Shown piece by piece: positions 23,601-37,519 of a stretch of DNA of 59,754 nt (positions are counted from its first letter, which is position 1; each line of letters opens with the position of its first letter). The notes below the pieces were generated by a model, which had not been told where the DNA came from, made no database searches, and saw nothing but the letters and a program-made list of their open reading frames with translations. Made by a program: the position numbers and the translations under genes. Origin of the DNA: Octopus bimaculoides (Eukaryota); NCBI RefSeq assembly GCF_001194135.2, contig NC_068982.1, positions 62,560,613 through 62,620,366 of the forward strand, read 5' to 3'.

Positions 23601-26600
23601 TGACATATTACAATTATCTATCATAACTACAAATTCTGTCTTTACCACCAAAATTATTACTACCATTAAAGCCAATAATTCACTTATCATTCCAATTACT
23701 ATTCCTATTATCATCATGTTCTTACAATCATCTGCACTACAGTTTTCATGAACAAAATACAAAGAAGTGGTGGGATGAACCTGGTATTTCGGGTTTACAT
23801 GATTTCTGATACAAAGATTTTCATTATAGTTAGTGGGGGTGGGATTGCGTAGGCCCATCACCAGCAAGCAGGTTTCTAACATTGAAGAGAAAAGTAGCAA
23901 AACATAAAATAATGTAAAAAGCAGGCAAGACGAAAGGACAACTCTAAACGAAATTTTGCTAACTTGGCAACGAAGTTGTGTTTCATTTGTGTTTTATGAA
24001 TTTTAGTCCAAAGCAGAGCTATTTACTCAATATGCAGGTAGCTGCAAATGTTTTTTCTTTCCCTTATCATCCTTAGGAAGATAGCAAAATTTAGTTTAGA
24101 ATTGTTTTCTCATATTGCCTATTTTTTAGATTGTTTTGCGTTATGCTGTCTTTCTATTTAATCTTAGAAAACTGCGCACTGGCAGGGCCTAGCTATCTTG
24201 CTATTCAATGTAATTTTCAAAATAATTTTACATTATATTGAGCTGTCTCCCTCTCTTTCCTACTCTCTCTCATTCTCTCTCTCTCCCCCCCCCACCCACA
24301 CACATATACATATATATTATGTGTGTGTGTGTGTGTGTTTAAGTCTATGTTAATTCACTAGGACACTAGAAGCGATAAATGGTAGGATTCAATACACATG
24401 TGGAGTATAGTTTAATACGTTATAACTGAAAATTTCCGATTTCCAGTACTCGGTTGCTCGTTTCTGCCATCAGTAATAATTTAAAAGGAATGAGTTGTTA
24501 TCGCCTTTTATGCAAGTACAAGCCGCCCTGAATTTCGTTCTGATCCACAAAAAAAAAATTGGTTTCGAAAGTTTTTATTGACATACGCTTTAATATGTGT
24601 GGGCGCGTGTTTATGTGTGCGTATGCGTATATATATATACATATGCGCATCTGTTGACATGAATTAATAACTTTTGCGTATATATGCGCATGTATGAATG
24701 TGCATATGTGTATATGTATGCGTCTACCACAGGTGCTTGCAAAATGAACTGCCACATATATATATATATATAGTGTTTTTTTAAAAAACAATTTAAAGAA
24801 TTACTTAAAAGTATTACGTTGAAACATTGCTTAAACAGCAACGCAATTTAATTATTTCGCTTGTAATGGAGTTTATGACGTTTACTATAATACTAGCATA
24901 CTCGTGCATCAAAGATGCCAACAGCTTTCTTATTGATAGAAAATGGCACATCAACACAATGGGAGAAACCATTGATAACTGTCAGCAATCGAGTAAATAT
25001 ATGGACATACATAGAATTGAGACACCGGAAAAATCAGATACGGTTGTAATGTCTCGCACAAAAGCTTATAATGTTGTATATTAAAAAGTGTTATCATAAT
25101 TTCCTATGTATTTTAGGCTTCAGGTTTTTTAGTGTCCTTGATCTGACTGAATTTGTTACGTCAGTGATGTCAGAATGACTAATCACAATAAGTTTTAAGA
25201 AAAATATATCACGTATAGAACGAAATTTCATTCTTCTTTTTAACCCGGGTGACAACGGTTAGTTCTGTTCGTTAACAATATGTTTTTATTCTAGTGGATT
25301 CAGTCTCTCGCTACTTTGGGTTGCACCTGTGGGTGCACCGGATCTTCAGCCAAAATTTGACATAACCAAAGTTTATGTATATATGTATACACACACACAC
25401 ACACACACGCACGCGCACACACACACACACATACACACACACATACACAGACACACACACACACACACACACAGAGATACTCACACACAGAGAAACATAT
25501 ATGTATATGTGCACGATATCTGTGTGAGAGAGAGATTGAGAGGGAAGAGAGAAAAACAACGGAAATGAAATAGAAGATGAGAAAGGAGAAAAAGAAAACA
25601 ATGGTGTTTCATAAAAAGAGGGACGCAAAACAAATTTTTAGCTCTCATTAAGAAATATACTAGAGTAGAATACTGTAAATACTCTTGATATTTAATGTAG
25701 ACCTTTCATAGATATTGCTGTTTTTATTCATTCCCTATAGCTTAAAAATATTTTGTTGAATTCTAAAATTCAATATAAATTGGTTTATTACACTTTTGCG
25801 TTTCATTGTCTCTGTTTAAGACAGTCCAAAGGGAGGCTGTTAACCCATGATTAATACTGCTTCTCCGATGCTTTCGGACACCCAGTAAGATACTGTTGTA
25901 TAGAACTTTGATCATCTATGATACTATAGTGGTTTGACTAGTAAATGCGTCTTATAACGATGCTTACCAGATCGTTAGAAACAGAGAAACGAGAAAACTT
26001 GTTCAGTTTAGATCCCTAATTGAAGTCTTAAATACATTAAGACATTCCCTGGTGTCACTGCAATATAACTAACTAAAATTGGAACCGTTAGTGGGCATAA
26101 GGTAAGAAACATATTGGTGAACGGCGCTGCAATTAAGAAGATAGCGAATTGCTTAGAAGAATACCGAGATCTAAATAAGTTATTAAGAAATTGAAAAGAA
26201 ATCGTCCTGGGAATATATTGATTATTGACTGGCATTATAATTTCTCTGAAAGTATTTCTTAGACTTGCTCAATACATTGGCCTCGTGGTGAGCGTTGCAT
26301 TATGGTCTTGTGTAAGTTTGTATCGGCTGGATTGAATGGAAATCACCTTTTATATATAATATCTCAAGATTAATTTTATTTCTTAAAATTAATTATATTT
26401 TACAATTTTCTGCAGAAAGTCTTTAAATTTTCAAACTTCTTAATCAAAATTTCAATATCTTATATCAAACTTTTCATTTAATATTTTCATTCCTAAATCT
26501 TCATAGAATGGTTGTTTAATACAACTCCTGGAACGGCTTGAGCTATGTTTTGAAGAATAGAGGCATATATATATTTGTGTCATTCACGCCTCACCAACGT

Positions 26601-26879
26601 GCATTGAAGGCAATAAGTGAAATAAAATAGCTGTAACAATGAATGAAATCTGTGTCTCAGACATATTACGGGAGTTTATCCATTACATTTTATTAATGGA
26701 TAAAATGTAATGGATAAACTCCCGGTTCTTCGTTACAAAGCTGGAATAAATGAAATGAGCAGTCAAAGGAGAAAGACTCACGATTCTGCAACCGTATTAA
26801 CCCTACATTTCCAATGATGATGATGATGATGATGATGAAGGTGATGATGATGGTGATGATGATGATAACAATAACAATA

Positions 26880-27040
26880 ATAACGGTTTAAAATTTTGGC
26901 AAAATGCCGTGAATTTTAGAGGAGTGGTTAAGTCGAATACTTTGACCTCAGTGCCCAACTAGTTCTCATCAACCCTAAAAGGATGAAAAACAAAGTCGAA
27001 TTCAGCGGGATTTGAACTTAGAACGTAAAGAGCTGCACAA
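26880..27040 (-). mobile_element. Family A SINE, degenerate
   Basis: aaaaggatgaaaaacaaagtcgaattcagcgggatttgaac is the reverse complement of the core and B-box. Confidence 0.7.
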
Positions 27041-27289
27041 TTATCTGGACAATACAGGATAATGAGGATTTAGATGTAAAGAAATAAAAAAAAAAACAGA
27101 ATTAAAAATATGAGAAATATTACAGCAACAAAATTCTGCAACAAATGGGGACCGTTTGCTGGAACCATTCTCATCACATTCTCTCACGGGCAAAAAGGTA
27201 AGTATTCCTACTTAATCGTTTTAATTTCATTCATCACACGACCACTTTAACCATAGCGACCAAACAGAATAAAAACTGCCAATCCTTCG

Positions 27290-28872
27290 TGATGATTGTA
27301 ATAATTACCGTGGAATGTCTCTTCTCAGCACTGATGGAAAGACCTTTGCTCGCGTTATTCTGTCCAGGCTACAACTGCGTGCTTCTCGAATTTATCCAGA
27401 ATCGCAGTGTGGCTTTAGAAGAAGCAGCTCATCTATTGACATGATATTCTCCTTACGCCAACTTCAAGAGAAGTCCAGAGAGCAGAAAATGCCATTATAT
27501 ATGGCTTTCATTGATCTGACTTGGTAAGTAGCCCTTGACTTGGTAAGTAGAAAAGGCCTCTTCATCCTGCTTCAAAAAATCGGATGTCCACCAAAGCTGC
27601 TGAAGATGATCAAATCTTTCCGTGATGATATGCAAGGTACCATACAGCACAATGGTTCAACATCAGCCGCCTTCCGAATAAAAAACGGAGTAAAGTAAGG
27701 CTGTGTCCTTGCTCCTACATTATTTGGCATCTTCTTCTCGCTGCTGCTGTTACATGCCTTCGAGACATCAGATGATGGAGTGTTTCTGCATAGTAGAAGT
27801 GACGGGAAACTGTTCAATCTCTCGCGTCTGCGTGCCAAGACCAAAATCAGAAGCCTCCTGATCAAGGAGATGCTCTTTGCTGATGATGCCGCTCTGGTAT
27901 CACACACAGAAGAAGTCTTGCAAAGGCTCATTAACTGCTTTGAGCAAGCATGTAGCGGCTTGGTTACCAGCTGCAAGAAGACCAACATCAAGGGTCAGAC
28001 TACATCGGACATCCCAAACATACATATTGGAGACCACAGACTACAGGAGGTGGAGAAGTTTACCTATCGTGGCTCTACCGTCACCTACAACCTATCCCTT
28101 GATGCCGAGCTCAATTTTCGCATTGGCAAAGCAGCTGCTGTAATGGCTCAACTTTCCAAACGGGCATGGGACAACAATAAGCTGACCAAGACCACAAAAA
28201 TGAAGATTTACCAGGCATGTGTACTTAGCAGTGAGACCTGGACGCCATACACACGCCGAGAGCATCGCCTAAATATCTTTCCCCTGCGCTGTCTCTAGAA
28301 AATCCTTGGCATCAAATGGCAGAATTGTGTCCCCAACAAAGATGTCCTCAAACAAGCAGGAATACCAAGCATATCTGCATTCCTCACACAAAGACGTATG
28401 AGATGGCTTGGACATGTTAGTCGTATGGAAGATGGCAGAATCCCCAAGGTCATACTCTACGGAAAGCTTGCTAGGGGCACTAGATCTGTGGAAGACCGTT
28501 CTTGCGATACAAGGATGTTTGCAAAAGTGACATGAAGGCCTGCGACATCAATATTAGCAACTGGGAAGCGATTGCCAGCAACCGTGGAGATTGGTGACGC
28601 ACCATAGAAGAATGGACAGAAAGGAGTGACAGAGGGAGAGAGGAGAAATAGAAAGACAAGAAAAGACGTCAACAAAAACTATGACATTACAACCAGCCAG
28701 GCAAAGTCTTCGCTACATTTGCGGCACCTGCTAGAAGGAGTGTTTGTCCAGGATACGACTACACAGCCACAGCAGGAGATATATTAGGACATGAAATATA
28801 AAAACCGGACTAGATTATTTTATGCGCAACTCCATTGTCTCCCGAGACAAAAAGAATGCCAACAACAACAAC
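27290..28872 (+). mobile_element. 5'-truncated RTE LINE with (CAA)n tail
   Basis: NYRGMSLLS, LPESQCGFR-like, YMAFIDL, GV..GCVLAPTLF, LFADDAAL, FTYRGS, RRMRWLGHVSRMEDGRIPK; tail tgccaacaacaacaac; several in-frame stops. Confidence 0.95.
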
Positions 28873-28904
28873 AGTATATATATGTAAGCGTGTGTATATG
28901 TTTG

Positions 28905-29081
28905 TGTGTCTGTGTTTGTCCCCCCAACATCGCTTGACAACCGATACTGGTGTGTTTACGTACCCGTAACCTAGCGGTTCATCTTAATAACCGATTGAAT
29001 AAGTACTAGGCTTACAAAGAATAAGTCCTGCGGTCGATTTGTTCGACTAAAGGCGGTGCTCCAGCATGGCCGCAGTCAAAT
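28905..29081 (+). mobile_element. SINE family B, 3' half
   Basis: gtctgtgtttgtcccccc..gcttgacaaccgat..aataagtactaggcttacaaagaataagtcc..gctccagcatggccgcagtcaaat. Homologous copies at 2915-3081 (+), 31880-32080 (-) and 40960-41160 (-). Confidence 0.9.
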
Positions 29082-29082
29082 A

Positions 29083-29114
<32 letters not shown>

Positions 29115-29144
29115 GTGTGTATCTCTGTGTGTGTGAATGTGTGT

Positions 29145-29300
29145 GTCCGACAAGCTTGCATACAGTTTCCGTCAACCGAATTCATCACAAGACATTCGTA
29201 GCTGAAGACAGTCATCGATGGTTCCACGCTGTGGAACTGACTCCGAAGCCATATGGTTGTGAACCGAGCTTCTTAGCTACACAGCTACACCTGCATCTAC
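29145..29300 (-). mobile_element. SINE family B, 5' half (tRNA head)
   Basis: Reverse complement reads tagatgcaggtgtagctgtgtagctaagaagc...cagttccacagcgtgg; similar decayed head at ~485-590. Confidence 0.65.
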
Positions 29301-30043
29301 AGTGTTGCCGCACTCGTAGACGGACTGCAGAGGAGATTTGAAACAAGAATATCATTTTCTATTCTTCATCTTCAGTGTTATTACATTTCACGTGGTCACT
29401 AGCCCTGCTAGAAACAATACCCAGATATCCCTAAACCCATGCCGTATTATTATTACTATAGTGAACATTTCTATGAGATGGATTCTAACTTGTTGTTTAT
29501 GCACGTTTACGCGACAGGTTGCTTTTGTCCCTTTTCCTTCAATGTAATTCTGATTGCATTCTTGGCATGTGATGCAGTAGATGCTATATTTTTTTTAACC
29601 TTTCAATTCGTATTTGCATGCAAAAGCACATTGGGTAATATTCCATTGGTACATTATCGATAAAATTTCATAGACACAGCTGAATTTTTCTTCTCACATA
29701 AACATTTTCATTCAGCTATAAGTAGTTAATATCTCTGACAGAAATATGAACGCCAGAAAATGCTATTGTAGTTTCCTTATATATTCGGAAGCAATTTTTG
29801 GTCATGTAAGATATTAGTGCTAAGTACGTTTATATAAATCTGTGATAAAAAAATATTTTGAAACCGTTTTATACAGCTTCAGCTATCATGCAAGCACAGA
29901 ATTTCCCAAAATATTGGTCGGACAAAATTGTTCTTTAACAGTAAATATGTGACAAAATATCAAATAGAATTTTAAATAGCAAAATGGACAATGACAAACA
30001 AGAAAACGACACGTTAAATGTAATAATGATTTATTCACAAATA

Positions 30044-30085
<42 letters not shown>

Positions 30086-30638
30086 NNNNNNNNNNNNNNN
30101 NNNNNNNNNNNNNNNNNNNNNNNNNNNNNNNNNNNNNNNNNNNNNNNNNNNNNNNNNNNNNNNNNNNNNNNNNNNNNNNNNNNNNNNNNNNNNNNNNNNN
30201 NNNNNNNNNNNNNNNNNNNNNNNNNNNNNNNNNNNNNNNNNNNNNNNNNNNNNNNNNNNNNNNNNNNNNNNNNNNNNNNNNNNNNNNNNNNNNNNNNNNN
30301 NNNNNNNNNNNNNNNNNNNNNNNNNNNNNNNNNNNNNNNNNNNNNNNNNNNNNNNNNNNNNNNNNNNNNNNNNNNNNNNNNNNNNNNNNNNNNNNNNNNN
30401 NNNNNNNNNNNNNNNNNNNNNNNNNNNNNNNNNNNNNNNNNNNNNNNNNNNNNNNNNNNNNNNNNNNNNNNNNNNNNNNNNNNNNNNNNNNNNNNNNNNN
30501 NNNNNNNNNNNNNNNNNNNNNNNNNNNNNNNNNNNNNNNNNNNNNNNNNNNNNNNNNNNNNNNNNNNNNNNNNNNNNNNNNNNNNNNNNNNNNNNNNNNN
30601 NNNNNNNNNNNNNNNNNNNNNNNNNNNNNNNNNNNNNN

Positions 30639-30679
<41 letters not shown>

Positions 30680-32875
30680 ATGTGTATGTAGGTAGGTATA
30701 TATGTGTATAAGTATGAATATGCGTATATAACAAGTGACTACGTCAGCAGCAAGGGGAGAGAAGCATAAGACATGATTAGAACAAATACAAATGGCAATT
30801 GCAGGGATGATGGAGGTGCTACTTAAGCCGTTTGACATCTCACTGGGTCAAAAGTAAAAATAAAATATGTTAATACAAATATAAACAAGAAATATTTTGA
30901 CATAAATATAAAAGAAATTGTAAGCTTCAATAAACAAAATCTTAATTTTGTCCATTTCAAGTATTATTATTAATTGTAGTCGTCTTTGATGTCGTCGTCG
31001 TCGTCGTCGTCGTAATAGTAGTAATAGTAACAGTAGTAGTAATAGCAGCAGCAACTGAGATACTTTGTGTTTTCATTTGAGACTAAAATTACACTGTATA
31101 ACAAATTAATTATTTTTTTGTTTATTTTTGGTCAGTAGGTGTTATTTTAAATTTGCTTTTATCTAGAATTCAAAGGAAATGACTACTATTCCCTTCAAAC
31201 TTTTCTTTTGTGACCTGGACATCCATGTATTGAAACTGACCTATTTTTCCATTACATTTCAGACTTATTCAGGGCAGAGTTGCTGAAGCAGAATTATCGT
31301 TATAGCAAATATTCTTCCCAGTACCACAAATTGGTTACGGTCAGTTGCTTGAACTTAACCACTCGAACACGTCACTTAGTGGTTGACAGTATCTGCATCT
31401 TTGATCACGAGCAAGAGTAACAAGGGAGCCTCATAGCCATGTGTTGAGAAGGCTTCTTTGGGGTTTGAGTAAATACAACAAAAACAAAGTTTGAAGGAAA
31501 TATTAGCCATTTTTCATAGTTTCTAGGGGTAAGCAAATAGGAAATAACAGTTGCTACCCAAGGACAAATATCGTGTTACATTGTGGCCGCGGCGGGAGCA
31601 ATGGTGGTGATGGTAGTGGCGATAATATTTTGTAAACATGATCCCACAAGATTTGGCTCCTTGACATTAGATATATTAAATGAATTACTTATAACTTTCT
31701 ACAGAAAAATCTCCGATGAACCATATGTATAGTAAAATGAATTATGACATGAAAGGTTATATTTCATATAAAAAAAAAAAGAGAAAAAAGTTTATTCTTC
31801 TAAATGTACTTTACTTTATACTGAATTGTGAATANNNNNNNNNNTATATATATATATATATATATTTCATATGTTCTTTTTTGTTGTTTCAGAATTTTAC
31901 TGCGGCCATCCTGGAGCATCGCCTTTTAATCGAACAAATTAATCCCAGGACTTATTCTTTGTACGCCTAGTGCTTATTCTATCGACTCTTTTGCCGAACC
32001 GCTACGTAACGGGGATGTAAACACACCAACATCGGTTGTCAACCGATGGTGAGGGGGATAAATACAGATACACAAACATATACCTATACATATATATACA
32101 TATATATATACATATATATATATATATACTGGCACATACACACACTTATAGATAGACAGAAATGTGTCTGGTACACGCAAATTTGTCACTACTAAGTTAA
32201 AATGCAGACCAATGTATCATACTTAATGTATATAATATGCAGATAGTTCAATATTCATCCTAACGTTACAACTCTTATGGACATGCTCAGTTGAATGCAC
32301 CCTGAACATCGGAAGGAGAAAAATGTCGGCATTTTTGTACGTTTTGAGTGACTTTTACTCCATACCAGCTACATGGCCAGACAAGAACTCGTCACTTACT
32401 GATATAGAAAACAATGATTAAAACATTCACTGTAATTGCGAATAGCTACTGAACTGGACGAAAATCCGGTATACCCAACTGAGTTGAGTTAAATTGAAAA
32501 CAGCGATCTATGTATTTTACTTCACGTATATATACCATTTATAGCTTCTGTTATAGCAGTATTCTACCTGAAATAACGTCTCGTATGAATGTGCCATTGT
32601 AAACATCTTTGGCTATCTTCATTGAATACTGCTCCAATTGTGTATACTGGATTTCTGTTCAGCCAGGCAGCTTTTCGTAATTACAGTAAATATTTTACTC
32701 ACCATTTTCTATAACGGTAGACGATGAATTTTCTTCCAGACACGTCACCGAAAAATCCCCAAAAACCAAAATGCAGCTAGGGTTCTTGTTTGCCCTTGAT
32801 GGAACGATTCTACGTTTCACTCCGATGATTATTGTTTTGAACAGAGCAATTTCGTAAGAGATGTCATCTCAGGTC

Positions 32876-32945
32876 AAATACCGCAGTAATTGGCCTACTA
32901 ATACTCCATTAAATACCGCAGTATTTGGCCTACTAATACTCCATT
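32876..32945. repeat. 35-bp tandem duplication
   Basis: aaataccgcagta(a/t)ttggcctactaatactccatt x2, one mismatch. Confidence 0.9.
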
Positions 32946-34449
32946 AAGTATAATGAATAGATGAATATAAATACACGCGCGCACGTGTGTGTTTGTTTGT
33001 ATACGGAATAGGAAGCCGAAGGTTAAATATCATAATATGAAATGATGAACTCAAATCTAGTTGTGCCCTATTAAGCGTCGTGTAAATAAAGAGATGACTC
33101 CTGTCTCTTCATCCTGTATCAACATATGGAGTTGCTTTGGTTCTTACGAATGGAAAGGAGGTTGGCGAAATTTCGAAATTACATTTATAAGAAACAATGC
33201 TTAAATAAATCACATTATTAGATTGTTTCTGTTTTGATGCATATGAAATATATAAACATATATATATACGACGCTCGTATATGTACTTTTGTTACATAAT
33301 CATTTTAGTAAAACGCATTGGAGATTTGATATTACAAAAGTACTGAAGTGCTAATATACGTACATGTGTGTGTGTGTGTGTGTTTGTGTGTGTATGAATG
33401 TGTGTATATATATATATATATATATACATATACACACACACATGTATATACACTGGCAATGTTTCAGCATGACCACAGCTTTAGGGCTGAAATGCATAAA
33501 AGAATAAAAGAATATATGCATGTACATATATATGTATGTGTGTGTATTATGTATGTACATGTATATGCATATATATATACATATATGTGTATATATACAT
33601 ATACACGCGTAAATTTTTACATATATATAAGAAAACATGAAAATGACAGTCACAACCATAAATACGTGAGGTGTGTGTGTATGTGTTTCTTTGTCTGAGT
33701 GTGTATATACATACATACATGCATACATACATGCATACATATGTGATATGGACTTGTGTTCCTGTTGTCATTAGTATGCAACGTCAGTTTTAGTATTTTG
33801 TACGAGACATCATACATGTACATAACAAGAAACATTTATAAAGAAATACAAAATATTTTTAAACATCGCTACAAATGATGAAATCATAAAGGTTACTATC
33901 CCATCCTGTTGAAATGCTATTCAAGATAGTTTTGGTAGCTGTATGTCACCTGACGAAGGAAAATAGTGTGTTTCTTATCAATATCAAACATAATATTCAT
34001 CCATGTTGAACAAAATGTCATCGAAATATTATGGTGGAAATCACCAATGTTTCTCGCAAGAATCAGATTTGTCGACAACATATTCACCAGTTCTGAAATA
34101 TTAAATGCTATTTTCTGACAGACAATACCTCGAGATTAAAGAATTATGCATAGGATTGAGAAATATGTAAGTATGTATGTATGTATGTATGTATGTATGT
34201 ATGTATGTATGTATGTGTGCATGCATATTTTCAAAAGCTTCATACATTTACTATGATTAGAAAAAGATCTTTTAAAAATGTGAGTAACTATCTAAATTAA
34301 ATATTTAACAGAATACCACTAACTCTTGTGGAAGACGTTAGTGTATATCGTGTATATTATAACTAGTGCGCATCTTGTATGTAAGTGCTTTCGTTTTTCA
34401 ACTCTTTAAGCACCCGCCTTCTGTGTTAATGCATATAGGGGAAGTTGTT

Positions 34450-35230
34450 TTCTTTTTCTTGTAATTGTTTATTTTCGAACTTATAATTTTTATAAAGTAT
34501 TCTTCTTTTGCCTTTCGAATTAGATCATTTTCATCTTTCATTTAGTAAAAGAGGTGTATGTTAATTTTTTTTATTTGCACAAATGGCTAGATGTTTACTG
34601 CATGGAACATTTCTATGAGCTGAATCTTTAATTTGTTGTTTGTGCACGTTTACACGACTAGATTGTTTTGTCCCAGTTTCTCCAATATAATTTTCATTCC
34701 ATTGTGAACAAGCGATGCAACAGATAATATTTTTTGTGTTGCAATTCATGTTTGCATTCACTTTCAGTTCTTTCCCATTTTCGTATCTTCTGGTTCTTCC
34801 TTGCTCAATTATTTCAAATATCCCACAAGTTTGTTACATGCATTATTTCTTTCTCCGATGTGAATATTGCATTTGTTAGAAGTCTCTTGAGATTTGGAGG
34901 TTGTGTTCGATTTCTGATTTTTCAATTATTCGTTCGGGATTATATTATTGATGTAAAATTGGGAAGTATAGTTCCTAGGATTATTGGTGACTACAAATGG
35001 AACACCTGTTTTTGTACTTTCGTTTTCCCCCTTAGTATGAATATCCATAAAATATAGATCAGTGTTTCTTTTACTTTGGTTATGGTATGATTTATAAGCT
35101 TTTGTGGGTATTCCTGTTTTTGAAGGTACATATTTATTTTTAGTAGCTGTTTATCTCGTCTACTGGTGTGTGTAACGTCTTGTCATATTAAATGGTATGT
35201 TCGCTTTTGTATGAGAAGGGCGACATTAGA
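34450..35230 (-). mobile_element. Penelope-like element C-terminus (Neptune-like GIY-YIG)
   Basis: QEYPQKLI, NRTQPPNLKRLLT, CNTKNIICCIACSQWNENYIGETG..RVNVHKQQI..PCSKHL..C. Confidence 0.85.
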
Positions 35231-35249
35231 GATAAATTTAAAGCAGATA

Positions 35250-35860
35250 GAACTATTCAGAATGTCCTCAACAAACTTTCCGGAAAACTGTAGACACTGG
35301 TGTGCCCCACAAAACAGGAAATCATAGAGAAAATCTATTCAGTATGGAAGTCAAGAGATAGGATTTTCAAAATCAGGTGTCCACTGCATTTTGAAGCACT
35401 GTCATTGGAAAAGTTACATTTCAAGAAAAGTTCATACTCTCAATGAAAATAATTTGGACCGAGGTGTGGAGTTTTGTGAGTGATGCTTGGCAAGATGTAT
35501 AAAAGATATACACTTTTCAGTAAAAATTGTTTGGAGGGATGAGGCTACATTTAAATTAAATGGTTCAACATGGGAACCTGAGAATTCGCATATTACCGAG
35601 GAACACCATGTTAATTTACCAGGAGCTACAGTATAGTGCGGTATGTCATGAAAACGATTAACTGGATAATTCTTTTTGACACTACTGTGACTGGTCCCAT
35701 TTATTTGAACTTGCTGCGATCTCTCATGCAAGCATTCAAATAGACTTTAAAGATGTTGGGCTTTATTTTACAGCAAGAAGGGGCAACCCCACACTACCAT
35801 AGTTATGTAAAGTTTTTGCTTGTGTATTGGATGAAGAGGTTCATCAAAATATTCTCTGCG
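35250..35860 (+). mobile_element. Decayed Tc1/mariner transposase fragment (DD41D/rosa-like)
   Basis: [52 protein letters not shown]. Confidence 0.75.
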
Positions 35861-36063
35861 TTCACTGGATCTCACCGCACTAGCCTGTTAAATTCTGAAA
35901 ATGAAACGTATTTTTATAAACGCTGATTTTATGATCATTAAGTCTGTATGAATATAATTTTTGAGGGACAATCNNNNNNNNNNTATATATATATTTATAT
36001 AAATACACATATAATATATGAGCATTCCATCTGGTGAGAGTCAAATATTGTTGTTTAAGGATC

Positions 36064-36685
36064 ACAATACATGTCTTCGGGCGCTGCTAATAGTTTCACG
36101 TGTCTGAAAATCTTGATACTGCTCAGATCTAGAATACCCAACTCAATATTGGACTCGGGGTCTGAAATTTTCAGTGGTTGCAAACACATGCAAAAACATA
36201 TTTTGAAGAATTGGACACTCCCACCCATCCCAAATTGATTTGACATTCCCCGACCTTATTATTTAAAGACTAAGGAAGTTAGATCGCTTACTACTATAGT
36301 TCCCCAACTGCCTTTATTTTAGTAATTATCTTTTTTTTAGGTTTATTTTTTTATCCTTTATATTATCTATCCTGTACAACTTTCATAAATTTATATTCCC
36401 GACATTTCTTATATTTATACCTCTACATTTTTACCTTATATTTTATACATTATTTTCCATATACATTTTCACTCTTCGAACACCATTTACATTTAATCTA
36501 CATTTAATTTCCTACATTGTTTACATTTCCATCAAGTCTCCTGGGTTCGTTTTCCGATTAGAAATTCCGATTTTCTATATGCTACAATTTTTTCATGTTC
36601 TTTTCACGTTTTCTCATGTCCAGTGCCATATTCAAAGTTCTTAGTTCAGCACGAAGAGTGGTCTGCACCCGAAGACATGTATTGT
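36064..36685. mobile_element. MITE-like non-autonomous DNA transposon
   Basis: TIRs acaatacatgtcttcgggcgc / gcacccgaagacatgtattgt; no ORF inside. Confidence 0.7.
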
Positions 36686-36710
36686 AANNNNNNNNNNATA
36701 TATATATATG

Positions 36711-36741
<31 letters not shown>

Positions 36742-37247
36742 CTATGTATGTAAAAGACGAGGTATAAATAACGGTCATTAAATATTTGTCTTTATTAGAG
36801 TAAATTTGGTTCACTCGGACCCTGCCGTAACAATACATGGAGTTCTGCGCTAATCAAAATAATATTGTTAACCTGGTGTGCCAACAGAAAGCTTATGAAA
36901 TATTTTGCCCGGATTCATAATCCCTCACTATTAGCTCTGTGATATATGAGGAAGTCACAGTGTTTATGCTTGAAATGACTTATGGTACAACTGAGGCTAA
37001 GTAGCTAAGCAGTCAGCCAGCTCCGAGGAGTAAAGGTCATCGAAGTAGCGGTAGAAAAAGCAAACAGAAGATTCATTACATTTACGGACAAGAATTTGTG
37101 TGTCTTGGAGAGTGACTTCATTATAATTAGTTGAATGGGTGTGCGTGAGCAGCACCTACCTAAATGTGACCGCAGTACCCTATTGAGGTGTGTGTGTATA
37201 CATGTATAATGGGATACACATGTCTATGTGTACATGGGTGTGTGTGC

Positions 37248-37287
<40 letters not shown>

Positions 37288-37519
37288 GTGTATCGAATAA
37301 ATTTATTTTGTAAAGCTAGTTTAAAAAACGTAATGGAACATTTACTGATACAGCGACACAATCCAGTGAGTAGATCCAAATTTAGGAGTGAGTTATTGAT
37401 GTATAGAAAGGAGTGTGGGAAAAACCAGAGTTGTTTGACAGTGGAATAGAAAAACCTCCGTTCAACATATGCTGCAATATTGCAATCTGGAAGGATATCA
37501 TATCAGTTATATGAAAATA

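Noticed and set aside
32560-32640. Minus-strand peptide NPVYTIGAVFNED resembling a glutamate-receptor N-terminus
   Set aside because: Weak acceptor, upstream stop, and no further similarity.
32876-32945. CRISPR-like 35-bp repeat
   Set aside because: Two directly adjacent copies with no spacer, in eukaryotic context.
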